The position numbers were made by a program, and so were the translations under genes. Source: a virus (lineage: Duplodnaviria; Heunggongvirae; Uroviricota; Caudoviricetes). From it: a stretch of 64,000 nt of DNA. The notes under the pieces are model-generated. The model was given only the letters and a program-made list of their open reading frames with translations, made no database searches and was not told the DNA's origin. Shown here one piece after another: positions 18,956 through 28,121 of this stretch. Numbering within the stretch: position 1 is the first letter of the stretch; each line of letters starts with the position of its first letter. Location of the stretch: positions 188,732 through 252,731 of IMG/VR virus record IMGVR_UViG_3300037512_000782. The stretch is one strand, 5' to 3'.

Positions 18956-19942
18956 TTATTGTTTTCGACATAATATACGCTTGATACGTTCGATGAATTT
19001 ATCGAACCATGTCAGATGGACTTGTTCCTCGGCTGGTTCGCTGGATTCGACTTCGGCGACGTAAGGGTCGCCGTTTTCGTTTTCCTTGACGACAAATTCA
19101 CGATGGACGACGTCGGTCTCCGGCTGTGGATCTTTCACGGCTGGCTCTGGGTCTTCTGCTGGCTTCTCTGGTTCTGGCTCCGCAGCGACTGTCTCGACTA
19201 CCTTGTTCATATCGTCGAGCGTATCCTTTATCTGCAGAGTGAATTCCGGCGGTATGTCGTACTTGTCCTTGCGGACATTCGAGTGACAGAAGATTCCCTT
19301 GTACGCAACCGCTTCATCTGCAGTATCGAATACGTCTCCGATCATTTCCTTGAAGGTCAGCGGAATGCCGTGCTTCTCGGACAGATACTTGAGCAAGTGC
19401 GCGACAGCCTTCTTCTGGATTTCCGTCATCTTCGCATAGTAGCAATAGCCACGGTACGAAATGAAGTCGACGTTGGCCGGATCCTTCGTGTAGAGGTTGC
19501 CGTATGCGTCGATGTAGTTGCCGTTCTGTTCCTTGTCCTTGAGTGGGCCGTAGTTAGAGATCTCTATGCCGATTGACTGCTTGGACATGACGGCATTTCC
19601 GCCGATCGCCGTAGAACCGAGGTGATACGACCAGAAGGCGTCATCGAACAGTCTGTAGATGTGTCCGCTGCGGTCTACGACGTAGGGCACGGACATGTGG
19701 TTGTTCTCCTTGGTAAGTGACGCGACGTCGCCAGTAATCACGCCTACGGTGAAATGTAGGCATATCTGCGTCTTTACCGTGCGTGTCTGGTAGAAGTAGG
19801 TCTTGAAACCGGGAGAAATGGGGATGATGCTGAAACCGTCGCCGATATCGATCGGGTTTCCAGCGGTGAACTTCTTGCCGGACGAATCCGTCAAGGTATT
19901 GGCAAACTTGGCCTCACGGCTAGCGATTGTTTCTGGAGTCAT
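18956..19942 (-). CDS. N-acetylmuramoyl-L-alanine amidase (Amidase_2/PGRP, T7-lysozyme-like) endolysin
   Basis: ICLHFTVG...VPYVVDRSGHIYRL matches the Amidase_2 zinc-binding core. The C-terminal half has a Pro/Glu linker (PEPEKPAEDPEPAVKDPQPE) followed by an extra domain. Confidence 0.75.
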   Translation of the reverse strand: MTPETIASREAKFANTLTDSSGKKFTAGNPIDIGDGFSIIPISPGFKTYFYQTRTVKTQICLHFTVGVITGDVASLTKENNHMSVPYVVDRSGHIYRLFDDAFWSYHLGSTAIGGNAVMSKQSIGIEISNYGPLKDKEQNGNYIDAYGNLYTKDPANVDFISYRGYCYYAKMTEIQKKAVAHLLKYLSEKHGIPLTFKEMIGDVFDTADEAVAYKGIFCHSNVRKDKYDIPPEFTLQIKDTLDDMNKVVETVAAEPEPEKPAEDPEPAVKDPQPETDVVHREFVVKENENGDPYVAEVESSEPAEEQVHLTWFDKFIERIKRILCRKQ

Positions 19943-19994
19943 GTCGAGCCTCCTTTTATAGCCGTTTATAAAATCTTTTACTATATTGGTTGTT

Positions 19995-21185
19995 ATGAAA
20001 TACCTTAAAAATTACGACTTTATATTTGTCGGCGCTGGTCTCACCAACGCCACCATCGCAGAAACCATTGCAACATACCGTGGCAATTTTGACCGAAAGA
20101 TCAAGATGCTCGTCATCGACAAGCGTCCCCATATCGGCGGAAACTGTTACACCGAAACCAAGAACGGTATCGACGTACACAAGTACGGTGCGCATATCTT
20201 CCACACGTCTGACGACTTCGTACATGAATATATCAGCGATTTCGGCGAATGGGTTCCGTTCATCAACCAGCCGATTGCTGTATTCACGCAGCCGGACGGT
20301 ACGAAGCGCATGTACAACATGCCGTTCAACATGAATACCTTCGTGCAGCTGTTCCCCGGACTCACTACGCCAGCCGAAGTCAAGGCGGCCATCCAGAAGG
20401 AAATCGACGAGGCTGGTATCAAGGAACCGAAGAACCTTGCCGAACAAGCTATCTCCATGGTCGGTACGACAATCTTCAATACGCTCGTCAAGGGCTATAC
20501 GGAGAAGCAGTGGGGCCGTAAGTGCGAAGACCTTCCAGCCAGCATCATCAAGCGTCTCCCAGTGCGTTTCACGTTCGACAACAACTACTTCAATGACAAG
20601 TACCAGATGATGCCAGCGCATGGCTATACGAAAGTCATCGAGAACATGTTCAAGCATGCTGGCGAAATCGATGGTGCCCGTGTAGACATCATGCTCAACA
20701 CGTCCTACACGCAGTTGCAAGTTCTGGGTATCAAGGCCAAGCAAGTATTTTATTCTGGCGGCATCGACGAGTTCTATGACTACAAGCTCGGTGCGCTCAA
20801 GTACCGTTCCGTCAAGTTCAAGGAAAAGAAGTTCAAGACGGACAACGTGCAAGGATGCCCGGTCTGCAACTATACGTCGACAGACGTGCCGTACACTCGC
20901 TCTATCGAGCACAAGTGGTTCTGTCCGCACGACGACGCAAAGGGTTCTATCGTGAGCTACGAATACTCGTCCGAATGGAAGAAGGGCATGGAACCGTACT
21001 ATCCGGTCAATGACCAAGCAAACCACGACTTGTACGAGCGTTATAGGAAGTTGCACGAGGAAGAGCAAGCTACCGCGAAGACGAAGGTGACGTTCGTTGG
21101 ACGCCTCGGTCTGTATAGCTACATGGATATGGACGACTGTATCATGTCTGCACGGACTGCGGCCTTCTTGAGCATGCAAGAATAA
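19995..21185 (+). CDS. glf: UDP-galactopyranose mutase
   Basis: N-terminal FAD-binding YDFIFVGAG...KMLVIDKRPHIGGNCYTE and HKYGAHIFHT are diagnostic for UGM. Track ORF starts at TTG 19986; the ATG is 19995. Promoter box TTTTACTATATTGG lies just upstream. Confidence 0.9.
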   Translation: MKYLKNYDFIFVGAGLTNATIAETIATYRGNFDRKIKMLVIDKRPHIGGNCYTETKNGIDVHKYGAHIFHTSDDFVHEYISDFGEWVPFINQPIAVFTQPDGTKRMYNMPFNMNTFVQLFPGLTTPAEVKAAIQKEIDEAGIKEPKNLAEQAISMVGTTIFNTLVKGYTEKQWGRKCEDLPASIIKRLPVRFTFDNNYFNDKYQMMPAHGYTKVIENMFKHAGEIDGARVDIMLNTSYTQLQVLGIKAKQVFYSGGIDEFYDYKLGALKYRSVKFKEKKFKTDNVQGCPVCNYTSTDVPYTRSIEHKWFCPHDDAKGSIVSYEYSSEWKKGMEPYYPVNDQANHDLYERYRKLHEEEQATAKTKVTFVGRLGLYSYMDMDDCIMSARTAAFLSMQE

Positions 21186-21219
21186 TATATAAACTGCATA
21201 TACCAAACTGAGAGTGTAT

Positions 21220-22557
21220 ATGCAGTTTTTCGATTATGACAACGACTTGGTTGCGTTCAATACCTTGATGGAAGACATCGAGGATCCGACCCCGTTGGTA
21301 GAAGACGATGACGAAGTCGTTATCCGACTGGAAGCTGACGAAGGTGGCGACGCGAACCAATTCAGCGGCGCTATGGTCGCAAATGCGGTATCTAACGCCG
21401 TAATCAACAACGCAGAAATACGTACAAAGGTATTTATGTCGGCATACTGGCATACTAATGCCGAGCCGTTCGAATTCGCCGACATAGACGGTCGCAAAAT
21501 CATCAACGATCCGTCCCTCAATGCAATTATCGAAGAACGCGACGACGGTACGGTTGCCGTCAATTTCTCTCGTTTGGTCTACAAGAAGACTCCGGCTTCC
21601 TTTATCAACTATCTACAAGGCGTCGAGGACTGGTCTGACTTGCCGCACAAGCAAATCAGCCCATTTGCAAAGGCGCTCAATGCCGCTGTTACTTCGTTCT
21701 TGACAGTCGTCAAGAAATACTTCAAGGACAAGAACACCGCTGCCAATACGTTCGACAAGCCAGAGAAGGAAGAACCGAAGCAAGACGAGCATCAGAAGGC
21801 TCCGCCGACCGAGGAAGAAAAGAATGAACAGCCGCAGAATCAAGAGCAGCAAGAGCCGCAGAAGCAACAGCAGCAAGAACCTCAGAAGGAACCGCCGCCG
21901 CAAGACGAAGAAGCTAACACGCCCGACGATAACGGAGAAGTGGATCAGCGTCAGCTCTATTCTTCTATCTTGAAGGACTTCCGCGACAATTACCAGCAAG
22001 AACTTGAAGCCGATTGCGCCGATAACAAAGACAATATTGATAACGAAGGTCGTCAAGCGATTGCCGACCAGTATTACGACGCGCTGATGGAACCGTACAA
22101 CGACAAGGCCGACGACGACACGAAGGCTCGTGTGATGAAGGTCGTCAAGCACACCGTCGTAAAGAACACGACGGATCCGAACGCAGCAAACAACAATGCG
22201 AACACATCCGACAATCCGGATGACGACAACATGGATTGGAGCGGCGACACTGGCAATAAGGACGATGGCGACGACGATCTCGACGACGACGATGATGACG
22301 ATGACGAGAAGAAGAAAAAGACGTCGACCAAGGCTCCAGCGAAGGACAAGGGATACGGCAACTGGTTCAAGAACACCATGCAGAACTGGGGCGACGAAGG
22401 TGTGGTCAACAAGAAGCTATACCAGCACCCAGTATTGAAGGGCCCATCCGCAGCCAAGGAAGCGAGCCGTCAAGCTCGTGAAGCGAAGGACGCCGAGCTG
22501 AAAAAGAAATATCCGAACATGGGTCAATTCCGTAGGAATATGAATAACTGGAAATAG
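21220..22557 (+). CDS. highly acidic low-complexity protein (poly-D/E and Q/P/E repeats)
   Basis: Contains EEPKQDEHQKAPPTEEEKNEQPQNQEQQEPQKQQQQEPQKEPPPQDEE and DDDLDDDDDDDDEKKKK. Track ORF begins at GTG 21214; the ATG is 21220. Confidence 0.55.
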   Translation: MQFFDYDNDLVAFNTLMEDIEDPTPLVEDDDEVVIRLEADEGGDANQFSGAMVANAVSNAVINNAEIRTKVFMSAYWHTNAEPFEFADIDGRKIINDPSLNAIIEERDDGTVAVNFSRLVYKKTPASFINYLQGVEDWSDLPHKQISPFAKALNAAVTSFLTVVKKYFKDKNTAANTFDKPEKEEPKQDEHQKAPPTEEEKNEQPQNQEQQEPQKQQQQEPQKEPPPQDEEANTPDDNGEVDQRQLYSSILKDFRDNYQQELEADCADNKDNIDNEGRQAIADQYYDALMEPYNDKADDDTKARVMKVVKHTVVKNTTDPNAANNNANTSDNPDDDNMDWSGDTGNKDDGDDDLDDDDDDDDEKKKKTSTKAPAKDKGYGNWFKNTMQNWGDEGVVNKKLYQHPVLKGPSAAKEASRQAREAKDAELKKKYPNMGQFRRNMNNWK

Positions 22558-22565
22558 GGGATCTT

Positions 22566-22946
22566 ATGATTCAGAACTGGAAAATGAACGCTTTACATGA
22601 TGTCGCTACTAGCTTGACAGCCCACACTGGATTGAAGACCCAGCCGAAGGGCGACGACGCAGTCGATATCACCATCAACGATATGCGTCTAGGTACATTG
22701 ACGGCGGATAAAAGCGATCCGGCCTTGTTCATGTACACCTCAGCCGACGGCTATGACGTGACTGGAACCTACGACGACATCGAAGGTGCCATCAAAAAAG
22801 ACCTCGACAACCAAGTCGAGTTCGTGGAGGTCACACCGGATTTTTTTCCTCCGGGAACCACCTTTGAATCAGTAGTCAAGGACAAAGTAAAGACTCCGCA
22901 TCTGTTGGAAGCGATACTAAAATCCTACAAGAATTACAAGCAATAA
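22566..22946 (+). CDS. hypothetical protein
   Basis: 126-aa ORF, followed by bidirectional terminator 22948-22985. Confidence 0.5.
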   Translation: MIQNWKMNALHDVATSLTAHTGLKTQPKGDDAVDITINDMRLGTLTADKSDPALFMYTSADGYDVTGTYDDIEGAIKKDLDNQVEFVEVTPDFFPPGTTFESVVKDKVKTPHLLEAILKSYKNYKQ

Positions 22947-22947
22947 A

Positions 22948-22985
22948 AAGAAAGGCTGGTCAAACGACCAGCCTTCTTATTCTAT
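22948..22985. terminator. bidirectional intrinsic terminator
   Basis: GGCTGGTC-aaac-GACCAGCC followed by TTCTTATTC. Confidence 0.6.
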
Positions 22986-23001
22986 CTCAAACAATCAATG
23001 A

Positions 23002-23592
23002 CTAGGCAGCAGCCTTGCGGATGATCGTGAAGCCGCAGCGTTCCATGACGAGGATTGCAGCAGCCTGTGCGCCCGGTGTAGCGGCACAAGCGTATTCCAC
23101 GATTTCGATCGGCGTGTCCTTGAACATTGCACGGAGAATCATTGCGTTGGAAATGACGCAAATGTCGGTGCAAGTTCCGACAAGGCGAATGCGCTTGATG
23201 CGTTCCTTGCCGAGCTTTGCGAGCTCTTCCTGGCTCTTGAGGGAGCCGTCCGCATTGAAGGCATCGTCGCCGAGGAAGTACTTCGCCCAGCCGAGGTAGC
23301 CGAACGTCGGCTTCTCGATACGAGTAGCGTAAGCGTCGTCGAGCGCTTGCTGGATGGATTCTTCGAACTTCCAGCCTTCCGTGCCCTTGATGCAGTGTTC
23401 CGGAAGAACGCCTTCGAGGGTCTGCTTGAAGTCTGCGCCGTGGGTGTCCATCGTGTAGAACACGTAGCCCTTCCATTCACGGATTTCTACGATGACTGCA
23501 CCGATGATTGCCTTGGCGTCGTCGTTTGCAAGAGAACCGTCGATGAAGTCCTTCTGCATGTCGATAACGATGAGGTATTCTTTTGGATTCAT
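23002..23592 (-). CDS. pncA: isochorismatase-family cysteine hydrolase, probable nicotinamidase
   Basis: LIVIDMQKDF (catalytic Asp), a lysine region and VGTCTDICV (catalytic Cys) give the D-K-C triad of PncA/isochorismatase. Start trimmed to MNPKEYL at 23592; the track ORF extends to 23754. Confidence 0.7.
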   Translation of the reverse strand: MNPKEYLIVIDMQKDFIDGSLANDDAKAIIGAVIVEIREWKGYVFYTMDTHGADFKQTLEGVLPEHCIKGTEGWKFEESIQQALDDAYATRIEKPTFGYLGWAKYFLGDDAFNADGSLKSQEELAKLGKERIKRIRLVGTCTDICVISNAMILRAMFKDTPIEIVEYACAATPGAQAAAILVMERCGFTIIRKAAA

Positions 23593-23605
23593 GATTTTGT
23601 CCTTG

Positions 23606-24802
23606 TTAAAGAGTTTGACGGAGCTGGATCGCCTTGGCAATGAGCTCACGGTGATGGAAAGCGAGAGGAATTTCGTCGAGCTTGTCGATCGGATACCACA
23701 TGGCGTCCTTTGCGTCGTCTTGTGCTTCCGGATCGGCTGGCAAGATTCCTTCACGGTTGAAGTCGAACATCATGCCGATGTCGTAGCCCCAGTAGTCCTT
23801 GTGGACATCGCAGCGAGGATCCTTCGGCTTGAATACGCCGACTTGATGCACTTGCGACGTGCCGATGGTAAAGCCAGTTTCTTCCTTGACTTCACGGACA
23901 CCAGCTTCCTCGCAAGTTTCCTTCGGATTGGCGAAGCCTCCCGGCAAGCACCAGTAATCGTGGTACGGAGCCTTCAAGCGCTTCACCAAGAGGATACGGT
24001 CGTTGTGGAAGATGGCCGAAGTCACGGTGACGGAAGGACGAGGGAAGCGGAACGGATCGTAGTTGGCTACGAGTTCGTCCTCAACATCCTTGTATTCCTT
24101 CGGTTCGGACTGTCCGTACAACTTGTTGCGGCGGATATACGACATCACTACCGGAGACACTTGGTCACAGAAGCACAGCGGATCGAAATTCATCATAAGG
24201 CGAGCCTTGGTAGAACTCGTCTTCGGAATGATCCAGTCGACGTATTCCAAGCGTTCTTGGCTGCTGCGCATCTGCTTGTAAGTTTCATCCGAGATGGTGC
24301 CGAGTCCTTTGGCAGAGTCAAGTGTTTCGATGAAGGCGGTACGACGGACAATCAAGAAGTTGACGTTCTTGAGAATCCAGTCGCTGTTCACCCACTGCTT
24401 TGTAAGCAAAGAAATCCATTCGTCGGAACCGAGAACCAGCATGAAGGTCGCATCGGCCATGCTCGTCTCCTTGCGGAGATTCTGCAGAGCTTCAGCGGTG
24501 CGGCTGACTTCGTCGATGATCTTGACTCGGTGGAAGATTTCGGACGGTTCGCCTTGATTGTAGGCAGCCGGAGAATCCGAATTATCGGAGTACAGACTGT
24601 GAAGCGAATTGACCGTATGGACAATCATGGCCATGCGGTCTTCGCACTCAACCGAGTACTTCTTGGTATCGTTGTCGCTTACCAAGATGTACAAGAGGGC
24701 TTCTGGTTCCTTCTTGAGACGGTTGAGGAGTTCGGTAATAATGGCGGTGTGCGCAGTCGTTACCGGATCGAATGCGCCGCCGTAGATGTACACCTTCTTC
24801 AT
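23606..24802 (-). CDS. nadM: bifunctional nicotinamide/nicotinate mononucleotide adenylyltransferase + Nudix hydrolase (NadM-Nudix type)
   Basis: N-terminal GGAFDPVTTAH matches the (H/T)xGH nucleotidyltransferase motif; LVLGSDEW also present. C-terminal Nudix box GGFANPKETCEEAGVREVKEETG fits Gx5Ex7REUxEExGU. Confidence 0.85.
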   Translation of the reverse strand: MKKVYIYGGAFDPVTTAHTAIITELLNRLKKEPEALLYILVSDNDTKKYSVECEDRMAMIVHTVNSLHSLYSDNSDSPAAYNQGEPSEIFHRVKIIDEVSRTAEALQNLRKETSMADATFMLVLGSDEWISLLTKQWVNSDWILKNVNFLIVRRTAFIETLDSAKGLGTISDETYKQMRSSQERLEYVDWIIPKTSSTKARLMMNFDPLCFCDQVSPVVMSYIRRNKLYGQSEPKEYKDVEDELVANYDPFRFPRPSVTVTSAIFHNDRILLVKRLKAPYHDYWCLPGGFANPKETCEEAGVREVKEETGFTIGTSQVHQVGVFKPKDPRCDVHKDYWGYDIGMMFDFNREGILPADPEAQDDAKDAMWYPIDKLDEIPLAFHHRELIAKAIQLRQTL

Positions 24803-26151
24803 TAGTCGAGTGCGTCCTTGTTTTCTGGAATGGGTTCGTACTGGTACGCATCCTTCGCACGTTCGATCACCTTCGGATCGGGGCAGTTGACCTTGCCCGG
24901 AGAGTCGGAGAGCTTCACGGCGTACTTGCCGTTGGACATGACGAGCTTCATGATCATGCGAAGCGCGTCACGCTTGATGCCTCCCTTGAAGCGGAGCACC
25001 TTGCAAGCGAGGAAGCCGCCGATACCGAACGCAACATTGATACGAGTGTGGAAGCGTTCAGCGATATCGAGAGACTGGTCGCAGTTGAGGCTGTCAGACC
25101 AGCAGCCAACCTTGCTCTTGGAATTGATTGCGTTCTTGAGGTAGTGTGCGATAAGCATTTCGCCCCAGACATACGGGTCGCCGGAATCGTGGCGGCAGCC
25201 GTCGAACAGCTTTGCGTAATACTTGTCGAAGTCGCGCAAGAATGCGTTGAAGCCGAAGTTGTCGGAAAGCGCGATACCGAGGTCGCCACGGAATTCGTCA
25301 GACCAGTCTTCGAGAACGCGCTGCTGCACGAGTTCAAGCGGAATGTCCTTGATGCCCTGATACAAGGCATACATTTCGTGGGCGAAAGTACCGATGGCCT
25401 TGCAGCCGAGCTTGATTGCCAAGTATACGTTGGACGTGCCAACGAAGGCCGGGCAGAAGTCGAGCATGGTCTTGACCATGTATTCGTTCCATTCGTCAGA
25501 TACGGAACGACGGACGCCGAAGTCGGAAATGGTGAACTTGACACCACGGCGGAGTGCTGCGTTCCACTTGGCGATAGATTCGTTGAGGGCCTTCTTGGAT
25601 TCTTCCCAGTCGATTTCGAGGTCGTCGAAGAAGAGGTTCTGGATGATCTTCAAGACGTAGATTTCAAACCAAGTGACTTGGATGGCTGGGCCGTCAGCCC
25701 AGATGTGGAGACCGCCGTTGCGAGAAGGGTCGTAGTCGACGTGGATGTACTTGCGCTTGAGCTGGAAGTCGGCAAGCCATTCGATGAAGTCGTCTGACAG
25801 CCACGGCATGACACGGCGGATGCCTTCGAGTTCCCATTCAGTAAACTTGAGTGTGCAAAGGTGGTCGAGTTCGCGATTGATTTCGTCATAGAACGGAGTA
25901 AGGTCGACGCCTTCGGAACGGAGCTTGAATTCCCAGTAAGCTCGTTCGTTCGGATGCTTGTGGAACACGCACTGGCACATACCGAACTTGTACGTATCGG
26001 TCTGCGTTAGGTTGTTCACAAACCACTTGTCTTTGTTCTTGCGCTGATACTGCTTGTTTACAGTGACGCCGACTGCACGGCGCTTGCGAACAACGGTGCG
26101 ACAAGGCTGCTTCGCCCTCGCGATTGTTTTTTCTGTGACTTTAACTGCCAT
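24802..26151 (-). CDS. pncB: nicotinate phosphoribosyltransferase
   Basis: Collinear matches to PncB: TDTYKFGMCQCVFH, ISDFGVRRSVS, FVGTSNVYLAIKLGCKAIGTFAHE, RHDSGDPYVWGE, AFGIGGFLAC, KLSDSPGK. Has a basic ~45-aa N-terminal extension. 1-nt stop/start overlap with nadM. Confidence 0.9.
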   Translation of the reverse strand: MAVKVTEKTIARAKQPCRTVVRKRRAVGVTVNKQYQRKNKDKWFVNNLTQTDTYKFGMCQCVFHKHPNERAYWEFKLRSEGVDLTPFYDEINRELDHLCTLKFTEWELEGIRRVMPWLSDDFIEWLADFQLKRKYIHVDYDPSRNGGLHIWADGPAIQVTWFEIYVLKIIQNLFFDDLEIDWEESKKALNESIAKWNAALRRGVKFTISDFGVRRSVSDEWNEYMVKTMLDFCPAFVGTSNVYLAIKLGCKAIGTFAHEMYALYQGIKDIPLELVQQRVLEDWSDEFRGDLGIALSDNFGFNAFLRDFDKYYAKLFDGCRHDSGDPYVWGEMLIAHYLKNAINSKSKVGCWSDSLNCDQSLDIAERFHTRINVAFGIGGFLACKVLRFKGGIKRDALRMIMKLVMSNGKYAVKLSDSPGKVNCPDPKVIERAKDAYQYEPIPENKDALD

Positions 26152-26279
26152 CGGAATAGTCCTTGTTAAAGATGAATGTTTCGCGGAAATATAGCAAATG
26201 AGTGTGAGTCTGGCAAGCCCAAGCAGAAATAGTTAAAAAGTAAGCTATGTTGTTCGAAGGCTTTATTATATTTGGCGGC

Positions 26280-26477
26280 ATGTTGTGGAATGTATTGCTA
26301 ATATTGCTGATTTTGACGATAATATCGGTGTATGGGATTGCCATCGTCAAGCTGGTTTGCTATATTAAGACCCAGAAACGGGTCGACCGTCTGGAACACA
26401 CAGTCGGCGACCTATCACAAAAACTCACCGAAATTATGAAGGACACTAATGAGAGCAACGACGGAAACCTACAATAA
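26280..26477 (+). CDS. small membrane protein (alternative start 26247)
   Basis: Product is MLWNVLLILLILTIISVYGIAIVKLVCY..., a TM helix. A TATATTTG box ends 5 nt before ATG 26280. Confidence 0.4.
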   Translation: MLWNVLLILLILTIISVYGIAIVKLVCYIKTQKRVDRLEHTVGDLSQKLTEIMKDTNESNDGNLQ

Positions 26478-27231
26478 TGTGCATAGCATCTTGACCGCAC
26501 CAGATGTGGTGGATCGACTTGAGCGTGAACGGAGCAATCCTCTGTTCGGTTTCATCGACCAGTACTTGGCCGGATGTGAGCACGTCAACTATCACTACGA
26601 AGGTGATGTGTGGGTTCATACGAAGCTCGTCATTACGAATATCTTCAAGGGCGAACATGACTACTTGGATGTCGCTGCGGCGTTGCTTCACGACATCGGC
26701 AAGAAGGATGCGCTTGCGAAGAACAACGGCAAGAACATGGCCGGACATGAATTTATTGGTCGTCCGCTTGCCGAAGAAGTTTTGAACAAATTCGACTTCA
26801 GCCAGAACGAGAAGGATGTCGTTCTGTGGATGGTAGAGAACCATACGAAGGCGAACGGCTTGCCGAAGGCGAAGATGAAGTTCGCTTGCTGGACATTCGT
26901 GTCTCATCCGTTGTTTTATCGCGCAGTACGTCTTGCAGTAGCCGATTCCAACGGCACTATCGGCGCTGATGGTAAGCCAGTCATGGACTACATGGCGGCA
27001 ATCGAAGCGAACAAGATTGTCAATCTCTGCTTGCACAATCCGATGCCCGGCCATCTCGTGACATGGAATGACATGATTGCCTACCCAGGTGTCGAAGAAA
27101 TTACTGACGCGAACAAGAAGTTTGAGCTTTACGAACTCTGCCACAAGATCCAGATCAACGGTGGCGGTAACAAGAAGGATTCAATTCTCAGAGCTGCGCT
27201 TAGGTGCATGAAGGACAAAGGATCGATATGA
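26449..27231 (+). CDS. HD-domain phosphohydrolase
   Basis: WVHTKLV ... LLHDIGK ... D gives the H..HD..D signature of the HD superfamily. Confidence 0.7.
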   Translation: MRATTETYNNVHSILTAPDVVDRLERERSNPLFGFIDQYLAGCEHVNYHYEGDVWVHTKLVITNIFKGEHDYLDVAAALLHDIGKKDALAKNNGKNMAGHEFIGRPLAEEVLNKFDFSQNEKDVVLWMVENHTKANGLPKAKMKFACWTFVSHPLFYRAVRLAVADSNGTIGADGKPVMDYMAAIEANKIVNLCLHNPMPGHLVTWNDMIAYPGVEEITDANKKFELYELCHKIQINGGGNKKDSILRAALRCMKDKGSI

Positions 27232-27830
27232 AACAGAAACAAGTAATAGACTTGCCGCACATTGAATGCCCGGTGTACGGCATCGCACACAAATACACGC
27301 TGGATATCGCTGGCGAAAAGGGCTCCAAGGAACTGAAGTATCGTTTGTACGGAACATTCTATTCCTACAGCGAACCGACCGAGATTACTGTGGTTGGCAT
27401 CTATGTATCTTCCGAAAGTCCTAACAAGATTATGTTCGGTTACATCGATCCGAAGACGAACCAGCTCAAGGTCTCCATGGCTAACGGCATCCGTGAAATT
27501 CCGAAGGAAGACAAGTCGATTCTCTCCGAAGCGAGCGAAGAAGACTATCTTGTCGGCCTTCATCACGCGGCCTCGCTGTTCATCCGCTACCGCAACAAGA
27601 AGACCTTCATCGTCAAGGCGAACAAGCTGAACCGCACCATTCGTGGCAATGCGCACTACCGCATCTACGATGTCAAGAACAATGATGGCAAGTTCGAGTT
27701 TGTCGTCGCCAACGAAAACAAGCTTGACGCACGATTCACCGTCATTGCCGAAAGCATCACGCACGGAACTTGGCATAAAATCCCCGGTACGCTCTGTCCG
27801 GTTCCTGGGGTTGATCCAGACGAGCGATAA
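27228..27830 (+). CDS. hypothetical protein
   Basis: In-frame ATG 27228 overlaps the HD gene stop (ATGA). Track ORF starts at GTG 27204. Strong terminator 27838-27875 follows. Confidence 0.5.
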   Translation: MKQKQVIDLPHIECPVYGIAHKYTLDIAGEKGSKELKYRLYGTFYSYSEPTEITVVGIYVSSESPNKIMFGYIDPKTNQLKVSMANGIREIPKEDKSILSEASEEDYLVGLHHAASLFIRYRNKKTFIVKANKLNRTIRGNAHYRIYDVKNNDGKFEFVVANENKLDARFTVIAESITHGTWHKIPGTLCPVPGVDPDER

Positions 27831-27837
27831 GCCGAAA

Positions 27838-27875
27838 CAAAACGAGCTGGCCGATCGGCCAGCTTTTTTATTTCC
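27838..27875 (+). terminator. intrinsic terminator
   Basis: AGCTGGCCGATCGGCCAGCT, a perfect 20-nt palindrome, followed by TTTTTTATTT. Confidence 0.75.
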
Positions 27876-28098
27876 TTCTACTTAAACTGTGTAGAATCCA
27901 TCTATGTATGGCTTCGAGGACGTTGCCCATCAGTGGAGTCATGCCATGCATCATCCTCGTCTTGACGGCGATCCATCGTTTCTTCATGAGGCTATAAAAA
28001 TGGTGGCATGCGCCTATGGCAAACGCTATGTATATGGCCATAAAAATTTTTTCACGCATATTTCACAAATTATATCAAAAACCTCTTGACGCTGATGA

Positions 28099-28117
28099 GT
28101 GTTATTACTATATTTCG
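28099..28117 (+). promoter_or_regulatory. host-like promoter box GTTATTACTATATTTCGTG upstream of cca
   Basis: TATATTTC ends ~5 nt before ATG 28122. Confidence 0.5.
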
Positions 28118-28121
28118 TGGC

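Noticed and set aside
19956-21206. 416-aa minus-strand ORF covering glf
   Set aside because: Antisense to an unambiguous UDP-galactopyranose mutase; the product is low-complexity Val/Leu/Arg-rich.
23492-25797. Long plus-strand ORFs (23492-24805, 24772-25797) across the NAD operon
   Set aside because: Antisense to the pncB and nadM genes, which carry diagnostic motifs.
28086-28121. Track start of the cca ORF at 28086 (MTLMSVITIFRG...)
   Set aside because: Codon 28086 is TTG and the segment contains the promoter box. ATG 28122 gives a conventional CCA-enzyme N-terminus.
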